Under the pieces are notes generated by a model, which saw only the letters and a program-made list of their open reading frames with translations, searched no databases and was not told the origin of the DNA. Of a DNA stretch of 64,000 bases, positions 1 through 10,920 are shown one piece after another. Where the stretch lies: contig CAVWVQ010000003.1 of the NCBI GenBank assembly GCA_963758525.1, positions 2,400,001 to 2,464,000 of the forward strand, given 5' to 3'. Source of the stretch: an uncultured Phycisphaerales bacterium (GTDB lineage Bacteria; Planctomycetota; Phycisphaerae; Tepidisphaerales; Tepidisphaeraceae). Made by a program: the position numbers and the translations under genes. Numbering within the stretch: position 1 is the first letter of the stretch; the number at the start of each line of letters is the position of its first letter.

Positions 1-2547
1 GCACTCGACCTGCCGGAAGCGGACAGTGGCAAGCGCATTTGGCTCCAATTCGACGGCGCGTTTCGTGACACGACGGTTTACGTCAACGGCTGGTTCGTCG
101 GCCATTACGAGAGCGGCTACTATCCCTTCCGGGCGGACATCACGGATTTGGTCCGCTTCGGCAAAAATAATACGATTGCCGCGCGCGTGGATGCTAGCCG
201 GTTCGAGGGTTGGTTCTACGAGGGTGCGGGTATCTACCGGCACGTCTGGCTCGACAAAAATGAGCCGGTGGCCATCGCGGGCGACGGCATTTTCGTTTAC
301 AGCAGGTTCCCCGGGAACGCGCCCGAGGGCGCGGCAGAACTGCACGCGGAAGTCCGGCTGAGCAACGCGCTCGACCACCCCGCGCAGGCGAGCATCGACC
401 ACGCGTTTTTCGATCCCAACGGGACGCCGGTCGGCGAAATGAAGCAGACGGCTGACGTCGCGCCACTCTCGCAAGAGACGTTTACCACCGACGGTGCAAA
501 CCAGCACCTCGCCCTGGACAAGTACGAACTCTGGTCGCCGGAATCGCCGAAGCTCTACAAGCTGGTCACGACCGTTTCGGTCGACGGGAAAGTCGTGGAT
601 CGCCAGGAGACCGCGTTCGGCATCCGGACAACTGTGTTCGATGCGAAAGAGGGATTCCTCCTCAACGGCAAGCACTACGAGATCTGCGGCACCTGCAATC
701 ACCAGGATCATGCCGGAGTCGGCGCAGCCATTCCGGATAGCCTGCAATATTTCCGCGTGGCAAGGCTCAAGGAGTTCAGCAACGCGTACCGCACCGCGCA
801 CAACCCGCCGACGCCGGAGTTGCTCGATGCGTGCGACCGGCTCGGCCTGCTGGTGATGGACGAGAGCCGAACGCTCGGCAGCGACGAGGCGAACCTGCGC
901 CGCTGGGAGACGCAGGTGCGGCGCGACCGCAACCACCCAAGCGTTATCTTCTGGAGCCTTTGCAACGAGGAGCCGATGCAGACCGACCCCAACGGCGGCC
1001 GGGTCGGCGCGACCATGCAGGCGCTGGCGAAGAAGCTCGACCCGACGCGCACCGTCACGGCGGCCGAAAACGTGGGCGATGTCTTTACCGGCTTGCCGGG
1101 CACGCTGGAAGTGCGCGGCTGGAACTACAATATCACCCAGGAGCGCGCGGTCGAGGTGGAAGCATATCGCGCCAAACATCCCAACCAGCCGAACCTTGGT
1201 AGCGAGCAGGGTGCCAATCGTGGCACGCGCGGCATTTATACTAGCGACCCGAAGCGTGGCTACGTCAGTGCTCGGCCGGGCAACATCGAGAGATGGTGGC
1301 CGTTCTTTGCCGACCGCCCTTGGATGAGCGGCGCGTTCGACTGGACGGGCTTCGACTACCGCGGCGAACCGACGCCGTATCAGCGCTGGCACAACATCAG
1401 CTCGACCCCCGGAATTTTGGACACCTGCGGATTTCCCAAGGATAACTTCTACTATTTCCAATCCTGGTGGACGAACAAACCGGTGCTGCACCTGGAGCCG
1501 CACTGGAACTGGCCGGGGCAGGAAGGCCAGGAGATCGAAGTGGATGCGTTTAGCAACGCGCCGGAAGTCGAGTTGTTTCTCAATGGCCAAAGCCTCGGGC
1601 GCAAACCGGTGCCGCGGAATTATCACGCGGCGTGGCAGGTTAAATACGTGCCGGGAACCTTGAGCGCCAAAGGGTACGACAAGGACCGGATTGTCTCGGA
1701 AACCAAAGTTGAAACAACCGGCGCGCCGGTGTCGGTGGAGTTGACGCCCGACCGGGCGAAGATCAACGCCGACGGCGAGGATGTGAGCGTTTTCACCGTG
1801 GCGGTAATGGACGCCGCTGGCCGCGTCGTGCCGACGGCGATGAACAAAATTCATTTCGAACTTGCAGGCGCCGGTCACATCATCGGTGTCGGCAACGGCG
1901 ATCCGACTTGCCTCGAGCCGGATACCTACGTGGCCCAACCGCAGACGCAATCCATCCCTGTGAAAGGGTGGCACTGGAAGCTCGAGGAAATGCCGGGAAA
2001 TCACGAGATCGTCCCGCCGGCGGAGGTAAACTTCGACGATTCCTCATGGCCTGCGGTCACGACGCCCGCGCCCGGACCGAGCGGGGTGGTGCCCGATGGA
2101 GAAGCCGCCATCTTCCGTACGCATCTCGCGCTGACGAAAGAGCAGTTGGGCAATCCCGGGGTCCAGCTTCGCTTTCCTGACCTGGGCACCCACGGATTGT
2201 TTTACGTCAACGGCAAGCGCATTGCCGATACGAATGACTGGATGCCGCGGCCTCCAATCGACGTGCGTAAATCCTTGCACGTCGGCGACAACGTCATCGT
2301 CGTTTTTGCATTCAAGGAATCGTCGAAAGGCGACTTCAACACCGCCGCGAGTCTCGATCTGACCAGTGAGCCCGTAATGCCGCCGTCCCCCTGGATGCGC
2401 AGCGTCTTCAACGGCTTGGCGCAAGTCATCGTGCAATCGTCGAAAGAGCCCGGCACGCTCACCCTCACTGCCACCGCCGACGGATTGAAACCCGCGTCCG
2501 TCTCGGTGCAGAGCCAGGCGTGCACTCCGCGCCCGAGTCTGCCGTGA
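1..2547 (+). CDS. GH2 glycoside hydrolase (beta-galactosidase-like), 5' end outside window
   Basis: Frame is open from base 1 (RIWLQFDGAFRD..VYVNG). Motifs GIYRHVWL, GTCNHQDHAGVG, RDRNHPSVIFWSLCNEE, WTGFDYRGEPTP, GVGNGDP, plus C-terminal accessory domains. Confidence 0.93.
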   Translation, partial: ALDLPEADSGKRIWLQFDGAFRDTTVYVNGWFVGHYESGYYPFRADITDLVRFGKNNTIAARVDASRFEGWFYEGAGIYRHVWLDKNEPVAIAGDGIFVYSRFPGNAPEGAAELHAEVRLSNALDHPAQASIDHAFFDPNGTPVGEMKQTADVAPLSQETFTTDGANQHLALDKYELWSPESPKLYKLVTTVSVDGKVVDRQETAFGIRTTVFDAKEGFLLNGKHYEICGTCNHQDHAGVGAAIPDSLQYFRVARLKEFSNAYRTAHNPPTPELLDACDRLGLLVMDESRTLGSDEANLRRWETQVRRDRNHPSVIFWSLCNEEPMQTDPNGGRVGATMQALAKKLDPTRTVTAAENVGDVFTGLPGTLEVRGWNYNITQERAVEVEAYRAKHPNQPNLGSEQGANRGTRGIYTSDPKRGYVSARPGNIERWWPFFADRPWMSGAFDWTGFDYRGEPTPYQRWHNISSTPGILDTCGFPKDNFYYFQSWWTNKPVLHLEPHWNWPGQEGQEIEVDAFSNAPEVELFLNGQSLGRKPVPRNYHAAWQVKYVPGTLSAKGYDKDRIVSETKVETTGAPVSVELTPDRAKINADGEDVSVFTVAVMDAAGRVVPTAMNKIHFELAGAGHIIGVGNGDPTCLEPDTYVAQPQTQSIPVKGWHWKLEEMPGNHEIVPPAEVNFDDSSWPAVTTPAPGPSGVVPDGEAAIFRTHLALTKEQLGNPGVQLRFPDLGTHGLFYVNGKRIADTNDWMPRPPIDVRKSLHVGDNVIVVFAFKESSKGDFNTAASLDLTSEPVMPPSPWMRSVFNGLAQVIVQSSKEPGTLTLTATADGLKPASVSVQSQACTPRPSLP

Positions 2548-2582
2548 GAATGCAACCTCTGTGCAACAGGTTGGGCTTCCCC

Positions 2583-2965
2583 ATGAACATGCTGCTGAGA
2601 AATTGCCTTTTTCTTTTCGGTCTATCGCTGGCTAGCCGGAAACTCAGCGGCGGGGACGCCGCGCCAGCGTCTGCGCATCGACGACGATTGGAAATTTTTC
2701 CTGGGCGATCCGAAGGACGCTTCAACCACGGACTTCGCCGATTCCGGCTGGGCGGACGGTGACATTGCCGCATGACTGGAGCATCGAGGGCAAGATGGAC
2801 CGGGAAGCACCGATGGGCGGACAGGGCGGCTTTCTTCCCGCCGGCCACGTCTATCACGGCCGCGCGCTGATCGTCCTGCTCGGATCGAAGACGACGGGAA
2901 CGCTCGACCTCAAGGCCGACTCACCGGGGCTCGCCTCCTCCAATGTGGCCATCGACTGCCGGTGA
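2583..2965 (+). pseudogene. GH2 relic: signal peptide and N-terminus joined directly to the C-terminus (internal deletion)
   Basis: Across frameshifts it reads MNMLLRNCLFLFGLSLA..PRQRLRIDDDWKFFLGD..TVTLPHDWSIEG..GGFLPAG|HVYHGRALIVLLGSKTTGTLDLKADSPGL. The tail resembles the C-terminus of the upstream GH2 (FNGLAQVIVQSSKEPGTLTLTATADGL). Confidence 0.8.
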
Positions 2966-3062
2966 TTGGAATTTAGCAAACCCGTGTGGCGGGGATTTTC
3001 AAGAGCTGGGCGACGCGTTCGAACGTAGCGGGCAAAATACCCCGCTCCGATGGCAACCCCTC

Positions 3063-5726
3063 TCACTGACCTGCCGGCGTCGCTGCTGGCGCGGCCTTAG
3101 GCGTTGACGCCGGCGCGGCCATGGGCAGCGCAATTCCCGGCGTGATGAACTCCCTCACGCTCCTGACCGCCAACTGCGCGTGAAAGTCCGCGGCGGAAAG
3201 GTCGTGCTCGCAATCCACCTTAATCGTGATCGGCGTGCCGGGCTCGAGGTGCACAAAGTTGTCCGAATACAGCGCCTTCGGATCGCTCGAGAGATCGATC
3301 CAGGTCCACAGTGCCGGCTGCGCACTCTCGAGCGTCACGCTGAATTGCTTTCCGGCGCCCGCTACCTTTGTCTGGATCGAGGGCGTCGGAAGCGTCAGTG
3401 CCCCCGGCGATGCGAAGAAGCAAAGGTTGGTCTCTGCCGATCCGCCCTCGGGTGTCACCGTCATCCACAGCAATAGACTCGAAAGTCCCGCCGCCTTTTC
3501 CTCATCGCTGAGCACGACCGACTCGGCAAGCAGGGTGCCGTTGGCCGGAAGTTGAATGGTCGTTTCCTTGTGGCGCAGCACTTTTCCGTCTGTGGTCGTC
3601 AGCCGCCATGTCAGCGCCGCCCGCCCACCCGTGAGCCGATCATTGATGACGTGGATACCCACCTTCCCTTGCGTCGAGTCCACATCGCCGGAAACGAGCA
3701 CCGGCGCATACATGTGTCTCGCGTGATACTGCGACGCTTTCCACCGATGATAATAGTCAATCATCGACCAGGTTTGCCCCGGCCAGGAATCGTTGTATTG
3801 CCAGATCAGCGCCGCGGTGGAATGCGGCCAGTCCCGGCGCAAATGCTCGACGGCGAAGCGAAGTCCGTATGCCTGGACGATCTGGCTCAACCAGCAAAGG
3901 TCATCGAGTTTGTCCGGAGTTTTTCCAAAGTACCGGACCACCTGGCTCGCGATTTCCTTCTGCGAGGAGAGTTCGTGATCTTGAAGGATTGGCGAGTTGG
4001 CGCCGCCGGCCAGGTCGGCATCCGTGGCGAAACGCCGGTTCGATGCCGGCTCGAGATACGATTGGATTCCGAACTCCGCGACGAACCCGTGGGTTTCGGC
4101 ATAGTGGGAGAAGGGACTGTTACCGTGCCCGAGTCCCCAGTCGTGCGCGTCCGGGGCTCCGGCGCCGCCGCTGGATTGTTGGTAAGGCTGCCCCGGCGCC
4201 AGCTGGCGCACGGCTCCGCCGATCACCTGGTCGAAAAGCTCCGGGTAGCCCACATAATTCCTGATCTCGTTGTTGCCGCACCAAATGGCGATCGAGGGGT
4301 GATGCCGGACGCGCAGGATTTGGTCCTCGAGTTCTGCCTTCACGTTGGCGATGAACTTTTCGCCGAAAGTGGGGTACGACGTATTGGCAAACTTGAACTC
4401 GAACATCAGCGCGATGCCCAGTTCATCACAGGCGTCAAAGAGCGCGTCGTCCTCGTAAAATCCGCCGCCCCAGAGCCGGATGAAGTTGAAGTTGCACGCC
4501 GCCGCGTCCTGCATATACCAGCGCAGCACCTGCGGCGTGATCCGCGCCAGCAGATTGTCGGGCGGAATCATGTCCGCTCCCTTGGCGAAAAACGGCTGCC
4601 CGTTGACCTTCAACGTGTAGGCCGATTGCGTTCGCCGCGTCCCCGGAACCGTCTCGAAGTGCCGCAGCCCGATCCGTTTCCTCATCGTATCGAGGACTGT
4701 TCCCCCGGCATCCACGAGCTGCACCTCCAAGGTGTACAGGTTCTGCTCCCCCAGCCCGTTCGGCCACCAAAGTTTCGGCTTGGGAACGGTGAGCGTGAGC
4801 GCCGCCGTCAGATTCGCGAGGGGTTGCTTGACCGGTGCGCCGTCTTCCAGGAGGCGCGCACTCACCTGACAGCCTGAGGGAGGCTGGCCCGCTAAATCCG
4901 CCGTCACGTCCAGACGCACGGAACCATCGGCATCATGGTGCTGGAGCACGCCCAGCTTCGCCAGCCGCGAATCAAATGCCCGCAGTTCAATGCCCTTCCA
5001 GATGCCCATCGTCAGAATCGGACGGCACCAGTCCCAACCCCATTGGTACGGCGCTTTGCGGATCCAGCCCCAGCTCCGGTTGTGCATGGAAGCGCGCATT
5101 CTTGACAGGCCTTTGGCATCGTCAGGAAGAACGTTCGGGTGGAGTTTGAAGTAAGCCTCCGCCAAGGCATTCGTTTCCGCTAGATTGGGGACCGGTCGAA
5201 ATTGGATTTCGAGATCGTTCGTGCCCGGCTTCAGGGATTGCCGGACATCAAAGACCCATGTGCGAAACATGTTGTTCGTCGAGCCGAGCACGGTGCCGTT
5301 CAGCGTCACCGTTGCCAGGGTATCCAGGCCGTGGCAGACCAATTCCACCGTTTTCATCGCCAGTTGCTTCGGCGTGGCCTCGAAGGTCGTACGATAGATC
5401 CAACCGGTCTGCGCTACCTTGTCCTCGATCTGGTACCCTGGCTTGTCCTTGTTATTATCCCGGTAATAGGGATCGGGAATCTTTCCTGCTCGCAATAAGT
5501 CGCTGTAATGATCGCCTGGCACCTGCGCAGGAAGCTTCTCGCTTTGCCCAACCTGCTGGAGCGTCCATGCGGTTCCGCCCAAGTTCAAGATCAGCACGCG
5601 GCCAGGAAGCGGTGGCCCAGCGGGTGCCGCCTGAAGCTGCGCGCCCCGCGTCTGATCCCAGCGACTCAATGCCCACCCTGCCACGCCCATTCCGCTTATT
5701 TTGATAAAGGTGCGACGATCCATCAT
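3063..5726 (-). CDS. GH2 beta-mannosidase-like glycoside hydrolase, Tat-exported
   Basis: RRTFIK Tat signal. Motifs GLDTLATVTLNG..NMFR, IRKAPYQWGWDW, WWPNGLGEQNLY, RLWGGGFYE, HHPSIAIWCGNNE, WQYNDSWP..WSMIDY. Confidence 0.92.
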   Translation of the reverse strand: MMDRRTFIKISGMGVAGWALSRWDQTRGAQLQAAPAGPPLPGRVLILNLGGTAWTLQQVGQSEKLPAQVPGDHYSDLLRAGKIPDPYYRDNNKDKPGYQIEDKVAQTGWIYRTTFEATPKQLAMKTVELVCHGLDTLATVTLNGTVLGSTNNMFRTWVFDVRQSLKPGTNDLEIQFRPVPNLAETNALAEAYFKLHPNVLPDDAKGLSRMRASMHNRSWGWIRKAPYQWGWDWCRPILTMGIWKGIELRAFDSRLAKLGVLQHHDADGSVRLDVTADLAGQPPSGCQVSARLLEDGAPVKQPLANLTAALTLTVPKPKLWWPNGLGEQNLYTLEVQLVDAGGTVLDTMRKRIGLRHFETVPGTRRTQSAYTLKVNGQPFFAKGADMIPPDNLLARITPQVLRWYMQDAAACNFNFIRLWGGGFYEDDALFDACDELGIALMFEFKFANTSYPTFGEKFIANVKAELEDQILRVRHHPSIAIWCGNNEIRNYVGYPELFDQVIGGAVRQLAPGQPYQQSSGGAGAPDAHDWGLGHGNSPFSHYAETHGFVAEFGIQSYLEPASNRRFATDADLAGGANSPILQDHELSSQKEIASQVVRYFGKTPDKLDDLCWLSQIVQAYGLRFAVEHLRRDWPHSTAALIWQYNDSWPGQTWSMIDYYHRWKASQYHARHMYAPVLVSGDVDSTQGKVGIHVINDRLTGGRAALTWRLTTTDGKVLRHKETTIQLPANGTLLAESVVLSDEEKAAGLSSLLLWMTVTPEGGSAETNLCFFASPGALTLPTPSIQTKVAGAGKQFSVTLESAQPALWTWIDLSSDPKALYSDNFVHLEPGTPITIKVDCEHDLSAADFHAQLAVRSVREFITPGIALPMAAPASTPKAAPAATPAGQ

Positions 5727-5759
5727 GCAATCCTTGGCTGGTGTGAGCAGATCACAGGA

Positions 5760-6589
5760 TCAGGTGCGTTGGAGATATGCCTCGCGGATCAGCTTCAGAT
5801 ACTCATTCTGATCCATCGCCCAATAGTGGTCGGAGAAGATCTCCACTTCGTTGAAGCCGCGGAATCCGGTGGCTTCGACCCAACCGCGGATGGTGCGGAT
5901 GTCGATGCAGCCATCGCCCATCAGGCCGCGGTCGTTGAGCATGTGGCGGGTCTCGACGCGCCAGTCGCAGACGTGAAACCCGAAAAGGGTTTGCTGCCGC
6001 CCGGCGAGTTCGATTTCCTCCCTGAGGTCCGGGTCCCACCAGATGTGATAGACGTCGGCGGCGATGCCGAGCATCGGATGCTGCAACTGCTCGCAGATCT
6101 CGCGCGCTTCGGCCATGCGATTGATGCAGCTGCGGTCTGCCGCGTACATCGGATGCAGCGGCTCAATCGCCAGCTTCACGCCCGCCGCTTCCGCGTACGG
6201 CAAAACAGCTGCGATTCCGTCGGCAACCTGCTTGCGCATCCGCCATCGGCATGCCGGGCACCGCGCCGACGACCAGAACGATCATCGCCGCGCCGATCTC
6301 GCGCTTCGTCAACGCATGTGCGGTTCAAGTCGATGGCCGCTTGTCTTGCCTCTCGCTCTTTCGCCGGGAAGAACCCCCCGCGCACCAGTGCCGGCACGGA
6401 CATCCCCGCGTCCCGCAGCATCCTGCCGGACTCGCGCGGGCCGGCTGCTTCCAGCGCATTTCGCCAGACGCTGATGCCTTTGACGCCGATGCGCGCGTAG
6501 CCGTCGATGCACTGGCGGAGCGACCAGGGTTTGTTGGTCGCGGTGTGAATTGCGCAGCGAGAGAGATCGGTCAGATGCGAAGCGGGCAT
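5760..6589 (-). CDS. Sugar phosphate isomerase/epimerase (xylose isomerase-like TIM barrel), split by frameshift(s) near 6240-6310
   Basis: The N-part ([10 protein letters not shown]) and C-part ([47 protein letters not shown]) are in different frames. Confidence 0.85.
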
Positions 6590-6666
6590 GCTTTTAATTC
6601 CTTGTATTGATCGCGCCGTCGCTGCGCTTCTGCCGAGCACGCGAATCGCTTCGAGGCGGTTTCGCC

Positions 6667-6784
6667 ACCTGCTTAGCCGCGCCGCGAAGCGAAGCGCGTC
6701 CAGCCAGCGTGTTCAGACGAATGGCGCTGCACGTCAGAGAAGCGCCGTTGGACGCGCTCCGCTTCGCGTCGCGGCTAAACAGGT
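6667..6784. repeat. REP-like long inverted repeat (TTAGCCGCGACGCGAAGCGGAGCGC family)
   Basis: 36-bp arms at 6667-6702 and 6749-6784, 33/36 complementary. Related copy at 57918-57972. Confidence 0.85.
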
Positions 6785-6830
6785 AACGGAGCGGCTGCAA
6801 GCTCCTGAGGCCGACGTTGCAACGCGCGCA

Positions 6831-8000
6831 TTACAGCGCCGGCACATCAATCCACTTCCGCTCTTTCCAGCTCTGCAATCCCAACTCCGCAAGCTGCACA
6901 CCTTTGGCTCCTTCGCGCAGCGACCAGCGGAAGGGCTCATCGAGCGCCACGTGCCGGAGAAACAGCTCCCACTGGATCTTGAACGCATTGTCGTACTCGG
7001 TGGCGGCGGGAATTTTCTGCCAGCCTTCGTAGAAGTTGATCGGCTGAGCGATGTCGGGATTCCAGACCGGCTTGGGCGTCTCGGAAATGCTCTGAACCCA
7101 CGCTTCGCGCAGGCCGGCAACGCATGTCCCCTTTGTGCCGTCCACCTGGATCGTGAGCAAATCATCGCGGCGAACGCGCGTGCACCAGCTCGAATTGAAC
7201 TGGCAAATCGTCCCGTCCTCGAGTTGGAACATTGCGTATGCCGAGTCGTCCGCGGTGGCTTTATACTTCTTGCCGGATTCCGCGACGCGCTCGGGAAGAT
7301 CGGTGGCTCCGTAGGCGACGACCGATCTGATGGGGCCGAAGAGATTTTCGATGACATATTGCCAGTGACAGAACATGTCGATGATCACGCCGCCGCCGTC
7401 TTCCTTGCGGTAGTTCCAACTGGGGCGCTGGCTGGGCTGATCGGGAATTTCGCCGGTGAAAACCCAGTATCCGAATTCACCGCGAACCGAGAGGATGTTG
7501 CCGAAGAAGCCCTGCTGCCGAAGCATCTGGATTTTCCGCATTCCCGGCAGCCAGAGCTTGTCCTGCACGACGCCATTCTTCAGCTTTGCGCTTTCGCAAA
7601 GTTTGGCCAGGCGGAGCGCTTCGGACGTTTCCACCGCGGTGGGCTTCTCGCAATAAATCGCCTTGCCCGCTTTCACGGCCTTCTCGACGAAGCCAGCCCG
7701 CTGCAGCGTTCCCGACGCGTCGAAGAAGATCTGATAGCTCTTGTCGCCCAGCGGAGCGTTCAAGTCCGTCGTGTATTTGAGCGGCTTGCCGATCACGGCG
7801 GGGCCGTGCGCTTCGGCGAGCGCCTTGAGCTTCTCCTCGCTGCGGCCGGTGAGAATCGGATCTGGCATCAGGCGGAGGTTATCGTTCACCTTGATCCCGC
7901 CCTGCTTCATAATGGCGACGATTGAACGAATGAGATGCTGGTTGGTGCCCATGCGCCCGGTGACGCCATTGAGAATGATGCCGATGCTGCGCGTTTCCAT
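6831..8000 (-). CDS. Gfo/Idh/MocA family oxidoreductase
   Basis: [11 protein letters not shown]ossmann motif, [27 protein letters not shown]. Confidence 0.93.
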   Translation of the reverse strand: METRSIGIILNGVTGRMGTNQHLIRSIVAIMKQGGIKVNDNLRLMPDPILTGRSEEKLKALAEAHGPAVIGKPLKYTTDLNAPLGDKSYQIFFDASGTLQRAGFVEKAVKAGKAIYCEKPTAVETSEALRLAKLCESAKLKNGVVQDKLWLPGMRKIQMLRQQGFFGNILSVRGEFGYWVFTGEIPDQPSQRPSWNYRKEDGGGVIIDMFCHWQYVIENLFGPIRSVVAYGATDLPERVAESGKKYKATADDSAYAMFQLEDGTICQFNSSWCTRVRRDDLLTIQVDGTKGTCVAGLREAWVQSISETPKPVWNPDIAQPINFYEGWQKIPAATEYDNAFKIQWELFLRHVALDEPFRWSLREGAKGVQLAELGLQSWKERKWIDVPAL

Positions 8001-8030
8001 CTAAGCCTTCTTCCTTTTGATCGGTGAATG

Positions 8031-8675
8031 TTATTTCTGCGCCGGCCGAGTTTGCTCCGCGAGCTGAACAGCCTTGCGGGTGATCTCGGCAATTTGCTTG
8101 AACTGCTTGCCGGCAAGCAGTTCCTTGGTGACCATCCAGCTTCCGCCGCACGCCACGACCTTGGAGAACTGGAGATACTCCGCGAGATTCGCCAGCGTGA
8201 TTCCCCCGGTGGGAATGAATTGCATCATCCCGTACGGCGCGGCAATCGCCTTGAGCGTCTTGATTCCGCCCATCGCTTCGGCCGGGAAAAACTTCACCAC
8301 GGTCAGGCCATGATCCAGCGCCATCTCGATGTCCGTCGGATTCGACGTGCCGGGCGTGATGGGAATCTTCTGCTCGACGCAATAGCTCACAACCTTGGGA
8401 TTGAACCCCGGCGAGACGATGAATTTGGCGCCCGCGTCGACCGCCCGCTTCACAGTGTCAACATTGAGCACGGTCCCGGCGCCGACAAGCAGCGTTGGCT
8501 GGCGCGCCATCGTGCGGATCGAATCGGCGGCTGCCGCGGTACGAAATGTCACCTCGGCGCAGGGGAGTCCGCCTTCGATCAACGCTTCGCCAAGAGCGGC
8601 GGCATCGCCGGCGTCTTCAATCGCGATCACGGGAATGATTTTCAACTGCCCGAGCCGCTGAATTAAGTCGTTCAT
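8031..8675 (-). CDS. eda: KDPG/KHG aldolase
   Basis: EVTFRT, VGAGTVL, FIVSPG, VKFFPAEAMGG, FIPTGGI, ACGGSWMV. Confidence 0.95.
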   Translation of the reverse strand: MNDLIQRLGQLKIIPVIAIEDAGDAAALGEALIEGGLPCAEVTFRTAAAADSIRTMARQPTLLVGAGTVLNVDTVKRAVDAGAKFIVSPGFNPKVVSYCVEQKIPITPGTSNPTDIEMALDHGLTVVKFFPAEAMGGIKTLKAIAAPYGMMQFIPTGGITLANLAEYLQFSKVVACGGSWMVTKELLAGKQFKQIAEITRKAVQLAEQTRPAQK

Positions 8676-8694
8676 GGGAACCTCCGTCGAAACC

Positions 8695-9489
8695 CTAAAG
8701 TCGTGGAAGTGTCAGCCCGCCATCGATCATCAGAACCTGCCCGGTGGCATACGACAACTCGCCCTTTGCAAGAACGCTTACCGCTCGGCCGACGTCTTGC
8801 GGCGTGCCCCACCGCCGTTCCACGGTCAGCCCGCCGGCGATTAATGCGTCGTACTTTTCCTTCACGCCCGAGGTCATGTCGGTGGCGATCACGCCAGGGC
8901 GCACTTCATAGACGTCGATCCCAAACTCCGCCAGCCGAGCCGCCCAGAGACTGGTTGCCATCGCGATACCAGCTTTGCTGATGCAGTAGTCGCCGCGGTT
9001 GACTGATGCGACCGTCGCGCTGACCGACGAAACATTGACGATGCAGCCGCGAAAAGTCGAGTTGTCTTTTTTCTGCTGCACCATCCAACGGGCGACGGCC
9101 TGTGTCAGAAAATACGGCCCGCGCAGATTGATGGAAATCAGTCGATCGAAGCTCTCGGGAGCCGCATCGAGAATATCGGCACGAACGTCGGGCGCAACGC
9201 CCGCGTTGTTCACCAGGACATCAAGCCGGCCAAAACGCTCGCGAACGAAATCGAGCAGCCGGGTGTGATCCTTCGTGTCAGCGACATCGGCGCGGCAATA
9301 GGCCGCCTCGGCGCCGGCTGCGCTCAATTTCGCGATGACGTCACCCACGTCGGCTGCATTGCGCCGGCCATTGATCACCACATTGAATCCCGCCGCCGCC
9401 AGCGCGCTTGCCACGCCCAAGCCAATTCCCCGGCTGCCGCCGGTCACGATGGCTGCTTTACGGATGTGTTGTGATGTGGCATCGGCCAT
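8695..9489 (-). CDS. Short-chain dehydrogenase/reductase (3-ketoacyl-ACP reductase-like, probably sugar-acid reductase)
   Basis: TGGSRGIG, NNAG, YCISK (YxxxK). Own start MADATSQH follows a purine-rich RBS-like stretch (AAGAAGGGA). Confidence 0.9.
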   Translation of the reverse strand: MADATSQHIRKAAIVTGGSRGIGLGVASALAAAGFNVVINGRRNAADVGDVIAKLSAAGAEAAYCRADVADTKDHTRLLDFVRERFGRLDVLVNNAGVAPDVRADILDAAPESFDRLISINLRGPYFLTQAVARWMVQQKKDNSTFRGCIVNVSSVSATVASVNRGDYCISKAGIAMATSLWAARLAEFGIDVYEVRPGVIATDMTSGVKEKYDALIAGGLTVERRWGTPQDVGRAVSVLAKGELSYATGQVLMIDGGLTLPRL

Positions 9490-9512
9490 GGATCGAATCC
9501 CTTCTTCTTTTC

Positions 9513-10920
9513 TTATGCCTGATCGAAGAAGGTCAAATATTTTCCACCCTCGGCCATGCGTTTGACCAGCAGCGACAATTCGATCATGTGATAATCCCCC
9601 CACAGGCTCGATTCGCCGCAGGGAACCTTCCGGCCCGGCGGAATGTAGTCCCAGCCGTTGGGGCGATGATAGACCGAATGCAGCAGCAGACCCTGGTGCT
9701 CGGGGGATTCTGAGAGATATGCGCGCGCCCAGCAGCGTTTTGGCGACGGTGAGGCCGGCCTGCAGATATTTCGCGCCCTCGGCGCCAAGATAATTTCCCA
9801 GGCGGATCAATCCCTGCGCGGCGATCGCCGCAGCGGAGGAATCGACCGGCTCGTGATCGTTGAACGGGTCGGCCGGGCGACTGCGCCAATCTCCCAGCCG
9901 CCACAGCTCCGGCGCGCCGTCGTCCCAGTAAACCAATCCGTCCGCGGCCGAACATTCATTGATGTAATGGTCGCAGGTGGCCATTGCGGCGCGGGTGTAG
10001 CAATCCTTCACATCGCGGCGCGAAAGCCCGACGGACGACTGAAACGTCGCGTCATCAATGCCCGCGAAAAATTCGAGTTCCTCGGCATACCCGAGCATCG
10101 CCCATGCCAGCCCGCGCGTCCAGGTGCTGAACGGCGAGTATCCCTGCTGCGAAGATCGGCACCGGAAGTTCCCATCGTTGCGATTGAAGATCGCTTCATG
10201 GGCCGTCCGACCGCGCACGTCATACGTATGCGAAGAGTCCCCGTGAAAAACGATGTAACGGCTTGTGCACAGTCCGTGCAGCACCGACCGCTTGAGCAGA
10301 TCGGCCGCGCGATCGTTCTCGTGCATCAGCTTGTGACCAAGCTGCCACGCGCAGCCGAGAATTCGCACTGTGCGAAGGGTGTCGACGAAGAGCGACTGCG
10401 GCCCGTTAAACGAGTAAACGTAGCCAAGGCTCCCGCTGTTTGCCGCGTGCGGCGATTTCTCCGCGACGGGCACGCCTGACCAGCGCGCCGCCTGCACCGC
10501 GCCGCTGGCCTTAATCGCCATGTCATAAAACGCCAGCTCCCATTCGTTTGCCGGGAGCGCTTTCTCGCGCATCAGCCGGCGCAGGTTGCCGTAGGTCGAT
10601 AGATTGTTAAATCCATGATCGTGAACGCCGGTGTGCGTCACATGGGGCGCCATGAAACGCACCGTGTTTCGCCGGCCCATCTCCAGCAGGTCCTGCTCGC
10701 GCGTCGCGTCGAATGCCAGGATGGCACAGCCGTATTGAAACCCTTGCGTCCATTCCGTCCAGCCGCGCGTGGCGTATTGTCCCTCGATCGTGAAAACCGG
10801 CGTCCCCTTGGAAGTGTCCCAGCTTCGCTCCAGCGCCCGGACCTTGGTGGCGGCGAGCTCAAAAAGTCGCGTCAGGGGCTTTTGCAGTTGTGCCGGGGTG
10901 ATCCGCTCGTCTGTTTTCAT
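9513..10920 (-). CDS. GH88/GH105-like (alpha/alpha)6 unsaturated glucuronyl hydrolase, frameshift near 9725
   Basis: WTEWTQGFQYG, HDHGFNNLSTYG, STWTRGLAWAMLG, PVDSSAAAIAAQG. The C-terminus (LLHSVYHRPNGWD..SSLWGDY) is in the 9513-9788 frame. Confidence 0.82.
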
